Source of the DNA: a virus
Reading direction: 5' to 3' (one strand)
DNA length: 64,000 nt
Virus record (IMG/VR): IMGVR_UViG_3300032236_000679
Coordinates: 1 to 64,000 of that record
The translations under genes were made by a program, and so were the position numbers. How positions within the stretch are numbered: the stretch's first letter is position 1; the number at the start of each line of letters is the position of its first letter. This document shows, piece after piece, positions 1 through 8,269 of the stretch. The notes under the pieces were generated by a model that was not told the origin of the DNA, ran no database searches, and saw nothing but the letters and a program-made list of their open reading frames with translations.

Positions 1-1
1 A

Positions 2-409
2 GAATATCATGGTTATGATAATTTATTAGAATATTGGTTTAGAGAAACATATCAACATTATGAAGAAATATATCAACAATATGACGTTCCATTTTTTGTC
101 ATCGGAGGAATGACTCCATTACATCCTTGCATCAATGAATTTAATTTTGTAAAACATAAAATTGTCAATTGGTCAAGAGAATACATATTTGATAACTCGC
201 CCGAACATCCTTATAATGCAGGTCAGTTTCATAGATTTGTTGATATGCATTTAGATATATTAAATCAAAAAAGAGTAGAAGAAGAATTCAATATAAGCGA
301 AGCATGGCTAAAGTATTGTGCTATGCATAAACATTTTCCAGATTGGGGACATCCTGATAATGAATGCCATCTAAAATTAGCAGATATAATTATTAATCAA
401 CTGAAATAA
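2..409 (+). CDS. SGNH/GDSL-hydrolase-like protein, 5'-truncated by the window edge
   Basis: The frame of ORF 110..409 is open back to base 2 (EYHGYDNLLEYW...). C-terminal DWGHPDNECHLKLA resembles SGNH block V (DxxHP). Confidence 0.5.
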   Translation, partial: EYHGYDNLLEYWFRETYQHYEEIYQQYDVPFFVIGGMTPLHPCINEFNFVKHKIVNWSREYIFDNSPEHPYNAGQFHRFVDMHLDILNQKRVEEEFNISEAWLKYCAMHKHFPDWGHPDNECHLKLADIIINQLK

Positions 410-427
410 CTTGCGTTAAATATTCAC

Positions 428-1033
428 ATGGCATTTCAAACTCTATTTCCAACAATAATATACGATGAAGTATTAGATATAGATAACGCTGCGTTATTGA
501 ATTGTTGTTACGAAGTTAGAAAAGAAGATTCAAAAGGTTTAAAAGGTCCAGGGTTCAGTAGCAAAGGTGTTACCAATAACTCATGGAGAAGCGATTCAAC
601 TGTTAATAGCCGTCCTGAATTTAAATTTTTAGTTGATGCAATTCAAAAAAGAATAGATCTGTATCATTATCACTTGGGATTTAAAGGTAGTCAATCCATA
701 GTTGCAATGTGGATCAATATGAATGGACAATATAGTTACAACACATCACATACACATCCTGCAACTAGTTTAGCAGGTGCATTTTATGTGAAAGTACCAG
801 AAGAAGTTGCAAATATTAATTTTTATACACCATTAGTTGCTTACGCACATACTAATCCAAGATCATTCGTAGATAAACCCAGTGAGAAAAATTCAATAAT
901 TCACAGTGTTGCACCAAAAGAAAAACAGTTAATTTTATTTCCCAGTTGGTTGCAGCATACAGTTGATATGAATCAATTAGATGAAGATAGAATTAGTATT
1001 GCATTTGTATCTCAAATGAATAAAAATAAGTAG
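428..1033 (+). CDS. Putative 2OG-Fe(II) oxygenase (TIGR02466-like)
   Basis: MAFQTLFPT start, W.NMN..YSYNTSHTHP, LILFPSWLQHTV and RISIAF motifs typical of this phage oxygenase family. Confidence 0.8.
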   Translation: MAFQTLFPTIIYDEVLDIDNAALLNCCYEVRKEDSKGLKGPGFSSKGVTNNSWRSDSTVNSRPEFKFLVDAIQKRIDLYHYHLGFKGSQSIVAMWINMNGQYSYNTSHTHPATSLAGAFYVKVPEEVANINFYTPLVAYAHTNPRSFVDKPSEKNSIIHSVAPKEKQLILFPSWLQHTVDMNQLDEDRISIAFVSQMNKNK

Positions 1034-1075
1034 ACATATGTCTAAAAGACTATATAGTATTGATAATAAGTTATT

Positions 1076-1150
1076 GGTCCGGTGGCGCAGCGGTAGCGCA
1101 ACGCTTTTACACAGCGAAGGTCATCTGTTCGATCCAGATCCGGACTACCA
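1076..1150 (+). tRNA. tRNA-Val(TAC)
   Basis: Cloverleaf: acceptor GGTCCGG/CCGGACT, anticodon loop TT-TAC-AC, TTCGA T-loop, encoded CCA. Confidence 0.93.
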
Positions 1151-1157
1151 AACTTAT

Positions 1158-1233
<76 letters not shown>

Positions 1234-1241
1234 TATATAAC

Positions 1242-1316
1242 GCCGCTGTAGCCGAATGGTAAGGCAGCACATTAGTAATGTGAAGATTGGGAGTTCGATT
1301 CTCTCCAGCGGCACCA
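1242..1316 (+). tRNA. tRNA-Thr(AGT), rare A34 anticodon
   Basis: GCCGCTG/CAGCGGC acceptor, anticodon arm GCACA-TT-AGT-AA-TGTGA, TTCGATT T-loop, ACCA end. Confidence 0.88.
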
Positions 1317-1359
1317 TTTACATAGATAGAACTAAATAAAAGTAGAAGGAGTTCTACCT

Positions 1360-1761
1360 ATGAAAACTTATAATTGTTTAAATTGCCAGAAAGAATCACA
1401 AGCAACTAATCAAAAAGCAAACAAATATTGCTGTATTCCTTGTCAAAAAGAATATGAATATAAAAAAAATATAGAAGGTTGGTTAGCAGGAAATTCAACA
1501 GGTGGCAACAAGTATGGCACAAAAGTTTGGATTAAAAGATATATTGTTGAAGATCAACAATATAAGTGTAATAGTTGCGGTATCACAGAGCATATGAATA
1601 TGCCAATAGTATTGGAATTAGATCATATAGATGGCGATGCTTATAATAATTCAAGAGATAATTTAAGAGCAATTTGTCCTAATTGCCATAGCCAAAGTTC
1701 AAATTATAAAAATAGAAACAGAGGCAACGGTAAAAGAAAACGAATACAAGTGTATATGTAA
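1360..1761 (+). CDS. HNH endonuclease (probable homing endonuclease) inside the tRNA cluster
   Basis: CxxC Zn motifs plus LELDHIDGDAYNNSRDNLRAICPNCH, a canonical HNH signature. Confidence 0.9.
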   Translation: MKTYNCLNCQKESQATNQKANKYCCIPCQKEYEYKKNIEGWLAGNSTGGNKYGTKVWIKRYIVEDQQYKCNSCGITEHMNMPIVLELDHIDGDAYNNSRDNLRAICPNCHSQSSNYKNRNRGNGKRKRIQVYM

Positions 1762-1768
1762 GTTTCAT

Positions 1769-1845
1769 TGCGGGGTGGAGCAGTCTGGTAGCTCGTTTGG
1801 CTCATAACCAAAAGGCCGTTGGTTCAAATCCAACCCCCGCTTCCA
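1769..1845 (+). tRNA. tRNA-Met(CAT), initiator-like
   Basis: TGCGGGG/CCCCGCT acceptor with 1:72 mismatch, A11-U24 pair, loop CT-CAT-AA, TTCAAAT, CCA end. Confidence 0.85.
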
Positions 1846-1851
1846 ACTGTC

Positions 1852-1859
1852 TATAAATA
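1852..1859 (+). promoter_or_regulatory. T4-type late promoter TATAAATA
   Basis: Exact match to the T4 gp55 late -10 consensus just upstream of ORF 1865. NTAAATA variants precede most structural genes in the window. Confidence 0.6.
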
Positions 1860-1864
1860 TTTTT

Positions 1865-2317
1865 ATGTATATCAAATATCTAGATTATCCACAAGTGCCA
1901 GAAGAACTGCTGATCCCAGTTGAGGAAATTTTAAAGAAACCTGCTGAAGCAAATGCAGTAAAGGATTTTGAATATTTTTGGAATAAAAAAATTAATCCAG
2001 AACTAGAAGAATGGTTGCGAAGCATATTCAAAATGAAATTTTATGCTTACTATCAAGTAATACATCCCAATATACCAATACATACTGATAAGCCTGCTTT
2101 CAAAGGAGATAGAAAGATTGCATTCAATTATCTTTTAGAATTAGGTGGAGATAATGTTATAACCTCAGTATATGATAAAGAACATAAAGTTTTACAAAGT
2201 GAATGTTTGCCACTTAAGACTTGGCATAGTTTACGAGTTGAGATGCTACATGGAGTAAGTGGTATTGCAGACGATAAGTTACGAGTTGCACTTAGCGTTA
2301 CTCCTATATTTTCATAA
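1865..2317 (+). CDS. Hypothetical protein, possible cupin/2OG-oxygenase fold
   Basis: HTD...W..L.V..LHGV...R pattern (HxD...H...R). Confidence 0.5.
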   Translation: MYIKYLDYPQVPEELLIPVEEILKKPAEANAVKDFEYFWNKKINPELEEWLRSIFKMKFYAYYQVIHPNIPIHTDKPAFKGDRKIAFNYLLELGGDNVITSVYDKEHKVLQSECLPLKTWHSLRVEMLHGVSGIADDKLRVALSVTPIFS

Positions 2318-3157
2318 CAGTGCTTCTAATATTACATCTTTCTTTTCATAGAATAATGTTAATGCAAACTGCTTATTGAACTCTTTGCCAGGATGAAGAC
2401 CATCTCTAGCCATTTCAACTGGTTGAGGAAGACTAATTTTTAATCTTCTAAAGATATTAACTTTGTGCTTTAGATGTTCTAATTTAGTATCTATCTTTCC
2501 GGTAAACACATCGTCTCTGTCCCAATAATCCCATATCAATGTAGAATTATTCTTACCAATCATTAAATCGATTATTGCAAGATTTTTTTCTGTCTCATAC
2601 CAAATAGTTTCTTTTTTTGTTAATATAGGATTTTCTTCAAATATCTTAGAATTGTTACTTGGTAAGACCATATCCCATCCTATGCCATCAACTTTAAATT
2701 CTCGTCTATAACATGGCCACAGACCAAAGACTAAATTAGGTTTAAGTATATCTGAGTAATGATAGAAAAGTCTTGTGATTGCATCCAGTCCGCAACCACC
2801 TAATCCAAGATTCCAGTATGGAATGTTTAATCCTGTTTCTTTCTTAATAAGATCTAATAATATGTAAGACCATGTATCTTCTTTTGCAAGACCAGTGCCC
2901 TCAGTCATACTGCATCCTATAAAAACTATTCTTTTATCAGCAGTGCTATCAAAACTGTCGGACCTAAACCCACGTTCATTATATTGATAAGTTATATCAT
3001 CACGTCCATATGGGTTTGGTTGATTTCTTTTGAAGTTTACAACATTATCAGACCCTGACCACTTTGTTGTTGTATTAAACATCAGCTCATAGTTAACTGG
3101 GTTTTCAGGATTTAAAAAGTATCCTGCATTTGAAAATTCTAATTTATTAAACATCAA
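2312..3157 (-). CDS. SGNH/GDSL-hydrolase-like protein
   Basis: IVFIGCSMTEG (block I), NLGLGGCG (block II), RDGLHPG (block V). Confidence 0.65.
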   Translation of the reverse strand: MMFNKLEFSNAGYFLNPENPVNYELMFNTTTKWSGSDNVVNFKRNQPNPYGRDDITYQYNERGFRSDSFDSTADKRIVFIGCSMTEGTGLAKEDTWSYILLDLIKKETGLNIPYWNLGLGGCGLDAITRLFYHYSDILKPNLVFGLWPCYRREFKVDGIGWDMVLPSNNSKIFEENPILTKKETIWYETEKNLAIIDLMIGKNNSTLIWDYWDRDDVFTGKIDTKLEHLKHKVNIFRRLKISLPQPVEMARDGLHPGKEFNKQFALTLFYEKKDVILEALL

Positions 3158-3181
3158 AAATATTTATTTGTCAAAAAATCG

Positions 3182-3209
3182 TTGACTTAATTTCTAATAG
3201 ATATATAAT
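3182..3209 (+). promoter_or_regulatory. Sigma70-type early promoter (TTGACT-N16-TATAAT)
   Basis: Consensus hexamers directly upstream of tRNA-Asn. Confidence 0.65.
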
Positions 3210-3226
3210 AGCAATATAGAGTTTGT

Positions 3227-3302
3227 TCCCTTGTAGCTCAGTCGGTAGAGTAGGTGACTGTTAATCACTTGGTCGTTGGTTCGAGTCCAACCGGGGGAGC
3301 CA
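3227..3302 (+). tRNA. tRNA-Asn(GTT)
   Basis: TCCCTTG/CGGGGGA acceptor, loop CT-GTT-AA, TTCGAGT, GCCA end. Confidence 0.93.
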
Positions 3303-3319
3303 TTATTTGAAAGGTTCTT

Positions 3320-3949
3320 ATGCATCAAAGTGCTCTTAATCATGCAGGGATGTTTTTTAAAACATATGCATTTAGAGAAAATCTAGAGATAGTTGAAATT
3401 GGCAGTCAAGATGTACAAGGATCTATGCGTAGTGTAAAGCCAGCAACATCACATTATGTTGGGTATGATTTTGTTGAAGGTCCCGGAGTTGATGTTGTTT
3501 TAACCGATAACATTAAATTGCCAATTGAAGATAATTCAGTTGATATTGTAGTCAGTAGTAGTTGCTTCGAACACGCTCCATTGTTTTGGTTAAATTTTCT
3601 TGAGATAATGAGAATTTTAAAACCTACTGGACTGTTTTATATGCAAGCACCCTCTAACGGGGCATTTCACAGATATCCTGTTGATTGTTGGAGATTTTAT
3701 CCAGACTCTGGAACTGCGTTGGCCAATTGGGGTAAAATGAGCGGTTTCCCACATTGTGAAATGTTGGAGTCATTTACCGCAGAGCCAGATGGAGATATAT
3801 GGAAAGATTTTGTGTCGGTGTTCATTAAGGATATTAAGTTTATTAACTTGTATCCTGATAGAATTGTTGATACACATCAATCATATACAAATGGAATGAA
3901 GTTTGGTCAACCAATAATTTCTAATTTAGATTGGTGGGAGAATAAGTAA
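3320..3949 (+). CDS. Class I SAM-dependent methyltransferase (Methyltransf_11-like)
   Basis: IVEIGS, YVGYD, DIVVSSSCFEH, ILKPTG motifs. Confidence 0.85.
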   Translation: MHQSALNHAGMFFKTYAFRENLEIVEIGSQDVQGSMRSVKPATSHYVGYDFVEGPGVDVVLTDNIKLPIEDNSVDIVVSSSCFEHAPLFWLNFLEIMRILKPTGLFYMQAPSNGAFHRYPVDCWRFYPDSGTALANWGKMSGFPHCEMLESFTAEPDGDIWKDFVSVFIKDIKFINLYPDRIVDTHQSYTNGMKFGQPIISNLDWWENK

Positions 3950-3955
3950 TTTAGC

Positions 3956-4030
3956 GCGGATGTAGCTCAGGGGTAGAGCTTCTGCTTGCCAAGCAGAAGG
4001 TCGTGGGTTCGAATCCCATCGTCCGCTCCA
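3956..4030 (+). tRNA. tRNA-Gly(GCC)
   Basis: GCGGATG/CGTCCGC acceptor, loop TT-GCC-AA, TTCGAAT, TCCA end. Confidence 0.95.
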
Positions 4031-4203
4031 AATTTTAGGTATGTGCCACAACCTCTGTGTTGGAATCAGATGGGATATGGTCACCTGTCCCAATTCATGT
4101 TGTGCCTCTTGCGTACAGGAGCTTAATGACCGAGCCTGTGCGTCGCCGTATGAGGGCGCTGTCGCCGGGCAGCAGGTAAGACGGGGTGGGGTAAGAACCA
4201 TGA
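4031..4203. ncRNA. Candidate structured RNA immediately 3' of tRNA-Gly
   Basis: GC-rich island in AT-rich DNA. Helices seen by eye: CACAAC/GTTGTG, TGGGA/TCCCA, CTCTTG-CGTA-CAGGAG, CCTG.TGC/GCA.CAGG. No credible ORF. Family not recognised. Confidence 0.4.
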
Positions 4204-4254
4204 TATAATTACGTTATATTATGAACGTCATCGGCACTTATATTAAATAGTTGC

Positions 4255-4698
4255 ATGTATTATATACTTGTATTATTCAGTTGGACATTTGTGATTTATT
4301 GGATGCATAGATTAGTGCATGTTGTTCCAATTTTGAATAAGATTCATGCAGATCATCACAAGTATGTTGTTAAGAATGAAGTTACTTGGCATTGGTCGAA
4401 TTTGTTCTTGTACAATGACACATGGTTAAGCACTGTTGATCTTTGGATAACTGAAGTAATACCCACAATTATAATGAGTATATTTTTAGGGTGGTGGCTG
4501 TTTATTGCTTACTATCTGTGGGCTGCATTTATACAAGAGCGAATTGAACATAACGAAAAGTTTAATTGGTATCCATTTACAAGCGGACGCTGGCATATGA
4601 TACATCATAAGAATGCCAAATACAATTATGGCATATTCATCCCACTATGGGATATGATTTTTAAGACAGAAAGACCATTAAATGACAGTTCTAAATAA
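4255..4698 (+). CDS. Sterol desaturase / fatty-acid hydroxylase family membrane protein
   Basis: His boxes YWMHRLVH, IHADHH, WHMIHH, plus NYGIF..LWD.IF; hydrophobic segments. Confidence 0.85.
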   Translation: MYYILVLFSWTFVIYWMHRLVHVVPILNKIHADHHKYVVKNEVTWHWSNLFLYNDTWLSTVDLWITEVIPTIIMSIFLGWWLFIAYYLWAAFIQERIEHNEKFNWYPFTSGRWHMIHHKNAKYNYGIFIPLWDMIFKTERPLNDSSK

Positions 4699-5506
4699 TT
4701 GGATCACTCATAATTTACATGATAGATTCAATAATCCAATGGTAGATTTAGAAATTAAATTTACCCCTTATAACTTTACTCCAATGTCTTTTCATCAAGC
4801 AGCAGATTATACTGCTATGAAAATTGCAGAAAAATATACAAATATCTTTGTAAGTTTTAGCGGTGGTTCTGATAGTGACTATGTCTGTCATTGTTTTCAT
4901 CGAAATGATATTAAGTTTACTCCTATAATCATCAAAACAAATTTCAATTCAATTGAAATGGCATATGCTTTACATACTTGTAGGAAATTCAATATTACAC
5001 CAGTAATCATTGATATAACAGATTCAGAATATTTAAAAATATATAAAAATAATATAATTGACGAAATTAGCAGTGTAGGCGTACAAGCAGTATCTGGCAT
5101 TATCGCTTGTCGTTATGCTAAAGAACATGATGGCGTTGTTATTATAGGTGAACATATGATCGATAATGATAACAACAACATATGGCCAGGTGTAAATGAT
5201 TGGGACTTCTATAATGAAGTATTTGTAGGAGAAGATTACAATATTCCATTTTTTAACTATACTGTTGAAATTGCGTATGCAATGATTGAAAGTATCGAAC
5301 AAATTCCTATAGACGAGTGGAAGTGGCAAACTTATGAAATTGACTTTAGGCCCAAAGTGTCGTATGCGTTTCCGCCATTAGTTCTTGGACTAATACATAA
5401 ACTATACAATAGTAGGAAATATAAGCCCAAAACAAACTTTAATATAGGATCAAAAGAAGATTTTCTAAATTTGCTCATACCTTATATTGAAAAAGATAAA
5501 TATTAG
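4682..5506 (+). CDS. PP-loop (adenine nucleotide alpha-hydrolase-like) enzyme
   Basis: VSFSGGSDS = SGGxDS PP-loop motif; overlaps the end of the desaturase gene. Confidence 0.7.
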   Translation: MTVLNNWITHNLHDRFNNPMVDLEIKFTPYNFTPMSFHQAADYTAMKIAEKYTNIFVSFSGGSDSDYVCHCFHRNDIKFTPIIIKTNFNSIEMAYALHTCRKFNITPVIIDITDSEYLKIYKNNIIDEISSVGVQAVSGIIACRYAKEHDGVVIIGEHMIDNDNNNIWPGVNDWDFYNEVFVGEDYNIPFFNYTVEIAYAMIESIEQIPIDEWKWQTYEIDFRPKVSYAFPPLVLGLIHKLYNSRKYKPKTNFNIGSKEDFLNLLIPYIEKDKY

Positions 5507-5521
5507 TAAAAGGATAATACA

Positions 5522-5917
5522 ATGTCTTATAGAATTGATCATAAACTAACTAAAACTGAAGATCAGGAATGGGTAATGATGCCAATGGTTGGACCTAATC
5601 CTGTAGCAACATTCGCAGCAGATGCAAGGGATGCACTTATTACGCCTATTGATAATCCTGCATTAATAGCAAAAATTACTGATCCAGCAAGATATGTTAG
5701 AACTAAGAGAGATGAATTTACTTGGGATCGCACTTGGATTGATGATAATACTTTGATCAAATCTTTTTATTTTGATACACTAGAAAAGTTAGAAGGTTAT
5801 TATTTGGATATGCAGGATTTCCAACCAAATCCAACTCATAAAACTCTATCCTATTACAATGTCGAGTGGAAAGCATATGATCCTGATGGCAACGAAATCG
5901 AACTGCCACTTGTTTGA
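5522..5917 (+). CDS. Hypothetical protein
   Basis: 131-aa ORF with AAGGA RBS and a preceding ATAAATA motif; no family recognised. Confidence 0.65.
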   Translation: MSYRIDHKLTKTEDQEWVMMPMVGPNPVATFAADARDALITPIDNPALIAKITDPARYVRTKRDEFTWDRTWIDDNTLIKSFYFDTLEKLEGYYLDMQDFQPNPTHKTLSYYNVEWKAYDPDGNEIELPLV

Positions 5918-5945
5918 TTGACAAATAAAATAATTTATATATACT
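5918..5945 (+). promoter_or_regulatory. Early promoter TTGACA-N16-TATACT
   Basis: Directly upstream of tRNA-Leu/tRNA-Ser. Confidence 0.7.
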
Positions 5946-5954
5946 ACACATAAT

Positions 5955-6037
5955 GCGTCTGTGGTGAAACGGTAGACACGCTAGTCTTAGGAACTAGTCT
6001 CAAAAGGGTGGGGGTTCAAGTCCCTCCAGACGCACCA
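5955..6037 (+). tRNA. tRNA-Leu(TAG)
   Basis: GCGTCTG/CAGACGC acceptor, CTAGT-CT-TAG-GA-ACTAG arm, long variable arm, ACCA end. Confidence 0.93.
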
Positions 6038-6040
6038 AAA

Positions 6041-6130
6041 GGAAGAGTGGCCGAGTGGTTGATGGCTCCAGTCTTGAAAACTGGCATACCTGCAAGGGTA
6101 TCGTGGGTTCGAATCCTACCTCTTCCGCCA
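6041..6130 (+). tRNA. tRNA-Ser(TGA)
   Basis: GGAAGAG/CTCTTCC acceptor, CCAGT-CT-TGA-AA-ACTGG arm, long variable arm, GCCA end. Confidence 0.95.
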
Positions 6131-6137
6131 TTAACAT

Positions 6138-7163
6138 ATGATTACATCTCAGACATTAGAACAAATTAACATTGAATTAACAACTAAATGTCAAGCAGCA
6201 TGTCCTATGTGTGCTCGTAACGATTACGGCTATAAGACAAGAACCGACTTTCCTATTGTTGATATGTCATTTAATAACTGGACTAGCATATTTGACAACG
6301 CAGAATTACCAAAATTAAAACGCATATTCTTTAATGGTAATTACGGTGAACCCATTATCAGTAAACATATATTCGAAATATTGGATTATTCATTTGATAA
6401 ATGGCCCAATACTTTAATGGATTTTAGTACTAATGGCAGTGTTAGGACAACTGATTGGTGGGCAACATTGGCCAACAGATACAAAAATAAATTACTCAAA
6501 GTTCGATTTGCAATAGATGGTTTAGAAGATACTAATCACATATATCGAATTGGTGTCAATTTTAAAAAAGCAATGTCAAATGCAGAGGCATTTATACAAG
6601 CAGGTGGATATGCAGAATGGCAGTGGATTACATTTAGACATAATGCACATCAAGTTGAAGAAGCACGTCTATTAAGTCAAGACTACGGGTTTAAATCATT
6701 TAATGAAAAGCCGTCTTCTAAAACATCAGGATTTGTGTTTACAAGTGATACAGATGGTTACTGGATTATGCCTCCCAATAATACTCCAGAACCTCCTAAG
6801 TTGACTGAGTATAAGCCCGATATTAGGGACTCATTAAAAACTTATCAAAAGCAAGAAATAAAATGGATCAAAGCCAATCGTCAATTAGATTGCAGTGCCA
6901 AAAATAGACAAACAATATATATTTCTGCTGACGGACATGTTTACCCTTGTGCGTGGGTTGGACAGTACCCCGACACTTACAAGCATACTAATTTTAAACA
7001 AGCAATAGGTCATGTTGATAATAATGCTATAAACATTGGATTGGAAGCAGCAATGTTATGGTTGCCAAAGGTTGAACAATCATGGAACTGTAAAACAATT
7101 AAAGATGGTATGTTGGCAACATGTGTTGGGTGTACTAAAGGTTCTTTTTATCAAGAAACTTAA
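6138..7163 (+). CDS. Radical SAM enzyme with C-terminal SPASM/twitch-type Cys motifs
   Basis: ELTTKCQAACPMCAR (CxxxCxxC), GNYGEP, YISADGHVYPC, terminal CVGC. Confidence 0.9.
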   Translation: MITSQTLEQINIELTTKCQAACPMCARNDYGYKTRTDFPIVDMSFNNWTSIFDNAELPKLKRIFFNGNYGEPIISKHIFEILDYSFDKWPNTLMDFSTNGSVRTTDWWATLANRYKNKLLKVRFAIDGLEDTNHIYRIGVNFKKAMSNAEAFIQAGGYAEWQWITFRHNAHQVEEARLLSQDYGFKSFNEKPSSKTSGFVFTSDTDGYWIMPPNNTPEPPKLTEYKPDIRDSLKTYQKQEIKWIKANRQLDCSAKNRQTIYISADGHVYPCAWVGQYPDTYKHTNFKQAIGHVDNNAINIGLEAAMLWLPKVEQSWNCKTIKDGMLATCVGCTKGSFYQET

Positions 7164-7732
7164 TGTGGATCAATTGCTAGAACTTTAACTTTCATCTTAG
7201 TATTTGTTATTACTAAATCTAGCAATTCTACTAAGTCTACTGGATTCATCATTGATTCAGGTACTGTTTTTCCTTTTGGTCCAAACATTGAATTTTGATC
7301 TTTGTTTATATCAGTTGTCATTGGTGTATTTGTATATCCAGGTTTAAAATTTAATAAGTGATATTTAGAACTAAATTGGCATTGTTTAATTGCAGTGTCT
7401 ACTGTAGATTTCATCAATGTGTAACCTGATGTTCTGTGATCAATAAAATCTGCTGATCTGCTGCTTGTTACTATCATAGTTTTCTTTGGATTATTCTGCC
7501 ACAGCATGTGTAAGCCATATAGTAATTTAACTTGTGCTAATTCATAATATGCATTATTAAAAAATATATCGCAGTCCTTAGTTTCTTTAATTACTTTAGA
7601 AATATTTGATTCGATGCTGAGATCATATCCGTTAGATCTACTGAAACCAATTACTTCATTACCTTTGTCAGTGTAGTAATTGAATAGTGCAAGCCCAATG
7701 CCTGAAGTATGTCCTGTTATTGCTATTTTCAT
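7160..7732 (-). CDS. Short-chain dehydrogenase/reductase
   Basis: KIAITGHTSGIG Rossmann motif, FFNNA, YTLMK (YxxxK). Confidence 0.85.
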   Translation of the reverse strand: MKIAITGHTSGIGLALFNYYTDKGNEVIGFSRSNGYDLSIESNISKVIKETKDCDIFFNNAYYELAQVKLLYGLHMLWQNNPKKTMIVTSSRSADFIDHRTSGYTLMKSTVDTAIKQCQFSSKYHLLNFKPGYTNTPMTTDINKDQNSMFGPKGKTVPESMMNPVDLVELLDLVITNTKMKVKVLAIDPH

Positions 7733-7756
7733 CCAGTACTTATTTCACATTAAATG

Positions 7757-7784
7757 TTGACAGAAAAAAATAGATATATATACT
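7757..7784 (+). promoter_or_regulatory. Early promoter TTGACA-N16-TATACT
   Basis: Directly upstream of tRNA-Pro/tRNA-Gln. Confidence 0.7.
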
Positions 7785-7799
7785 AATAGATAAGTGTTA

Positions 7800-7877
7800 C
7801 GGTGATTAGCGCAGTCTGGCTAGCGCATCTGGTTTGGGACCAGAGGGTCGGGAGTTCGAATCTCTCATCACCGACCA
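7800..7877 (+). tRNA. tRNA-Pro(TGG)
   Basis: CGGTGAT/ATCACCG acceptor, loop TT-TGG-GA, ACCA end. Confidence 0.95.
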
Positions 7878-7881
7878 TTAT

Positions 7882-7956
7882 TGGGGATTAGTTAAATTGG
7901 TATAACGGAGGATTCTGACTCCTTTATTCGAGGTTCGAGTCCTTGATCCCCAGCCA
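7882..7956 (+). tRNA. tRNA-Gln(CTG)
   Basis: TGGGGAT/ATCCCCA acceptor, loop TT-CTG-AC, GCCA end. Confidence 0.93.
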
Positions 7957-7979
7957 TAATTCAAAAACAGGAGTAAAAT

Positions 7980-8249
7980 ATGGCATACAGTGCAAAGCAT
8001 ATTCTAGTGAAGACGTTGAACGAAGCAGTAGCACTTCGTCAATCAATTGTTGAAGGTAAGACATTTGAAGAAGTAGCAATGCAAAACAGTCTATGTCCCA
8101 GCAAGCAGAATGGTGGAGATTTGGGACAGTTTAATTCAGGAATGATGGTAAAGCCATTTGAAGAAGCAGTTGCAAATATGTCTGTAGGATCGTTAAGTCA
8201 GCCTGTACAAACACAGTTTGGCTATCACCTTATCAAGCGCACTGCATAA
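7980..8249 (+). CDS. ppiC: Parvulin-type peptidyl-prolyl isomerase (PpiC-like)
   Basis: AKHILV, S.CPS.QNGGDLG.F..G.MV.PFE, PV.TQFGYHLI; AGGAG RBS. Confidence 0.92.
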   Translation: MAYSAKHILVKTLNEAVALRQSIVEGKTFEEVAMQNSLCPSKQNGGDLGQFNSGMMVKPFEEAVANMSVGSLSQPVQTQFGYHLIKRTA

Positions 8250-8269
8250 ATTAAAGAAAGGAGAGTAGT

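Noticed and set aside
1038-1075. Short ATG-started frame before tRNA-Val
   Set aside because: Runs into the tRNA; not a credible CDS.
3926-4201. 91-aa minus-strand ORF
   Set aside because: Antisense to tRNA-Gly and the GC-rich structured region; no RBS or protein-like features.
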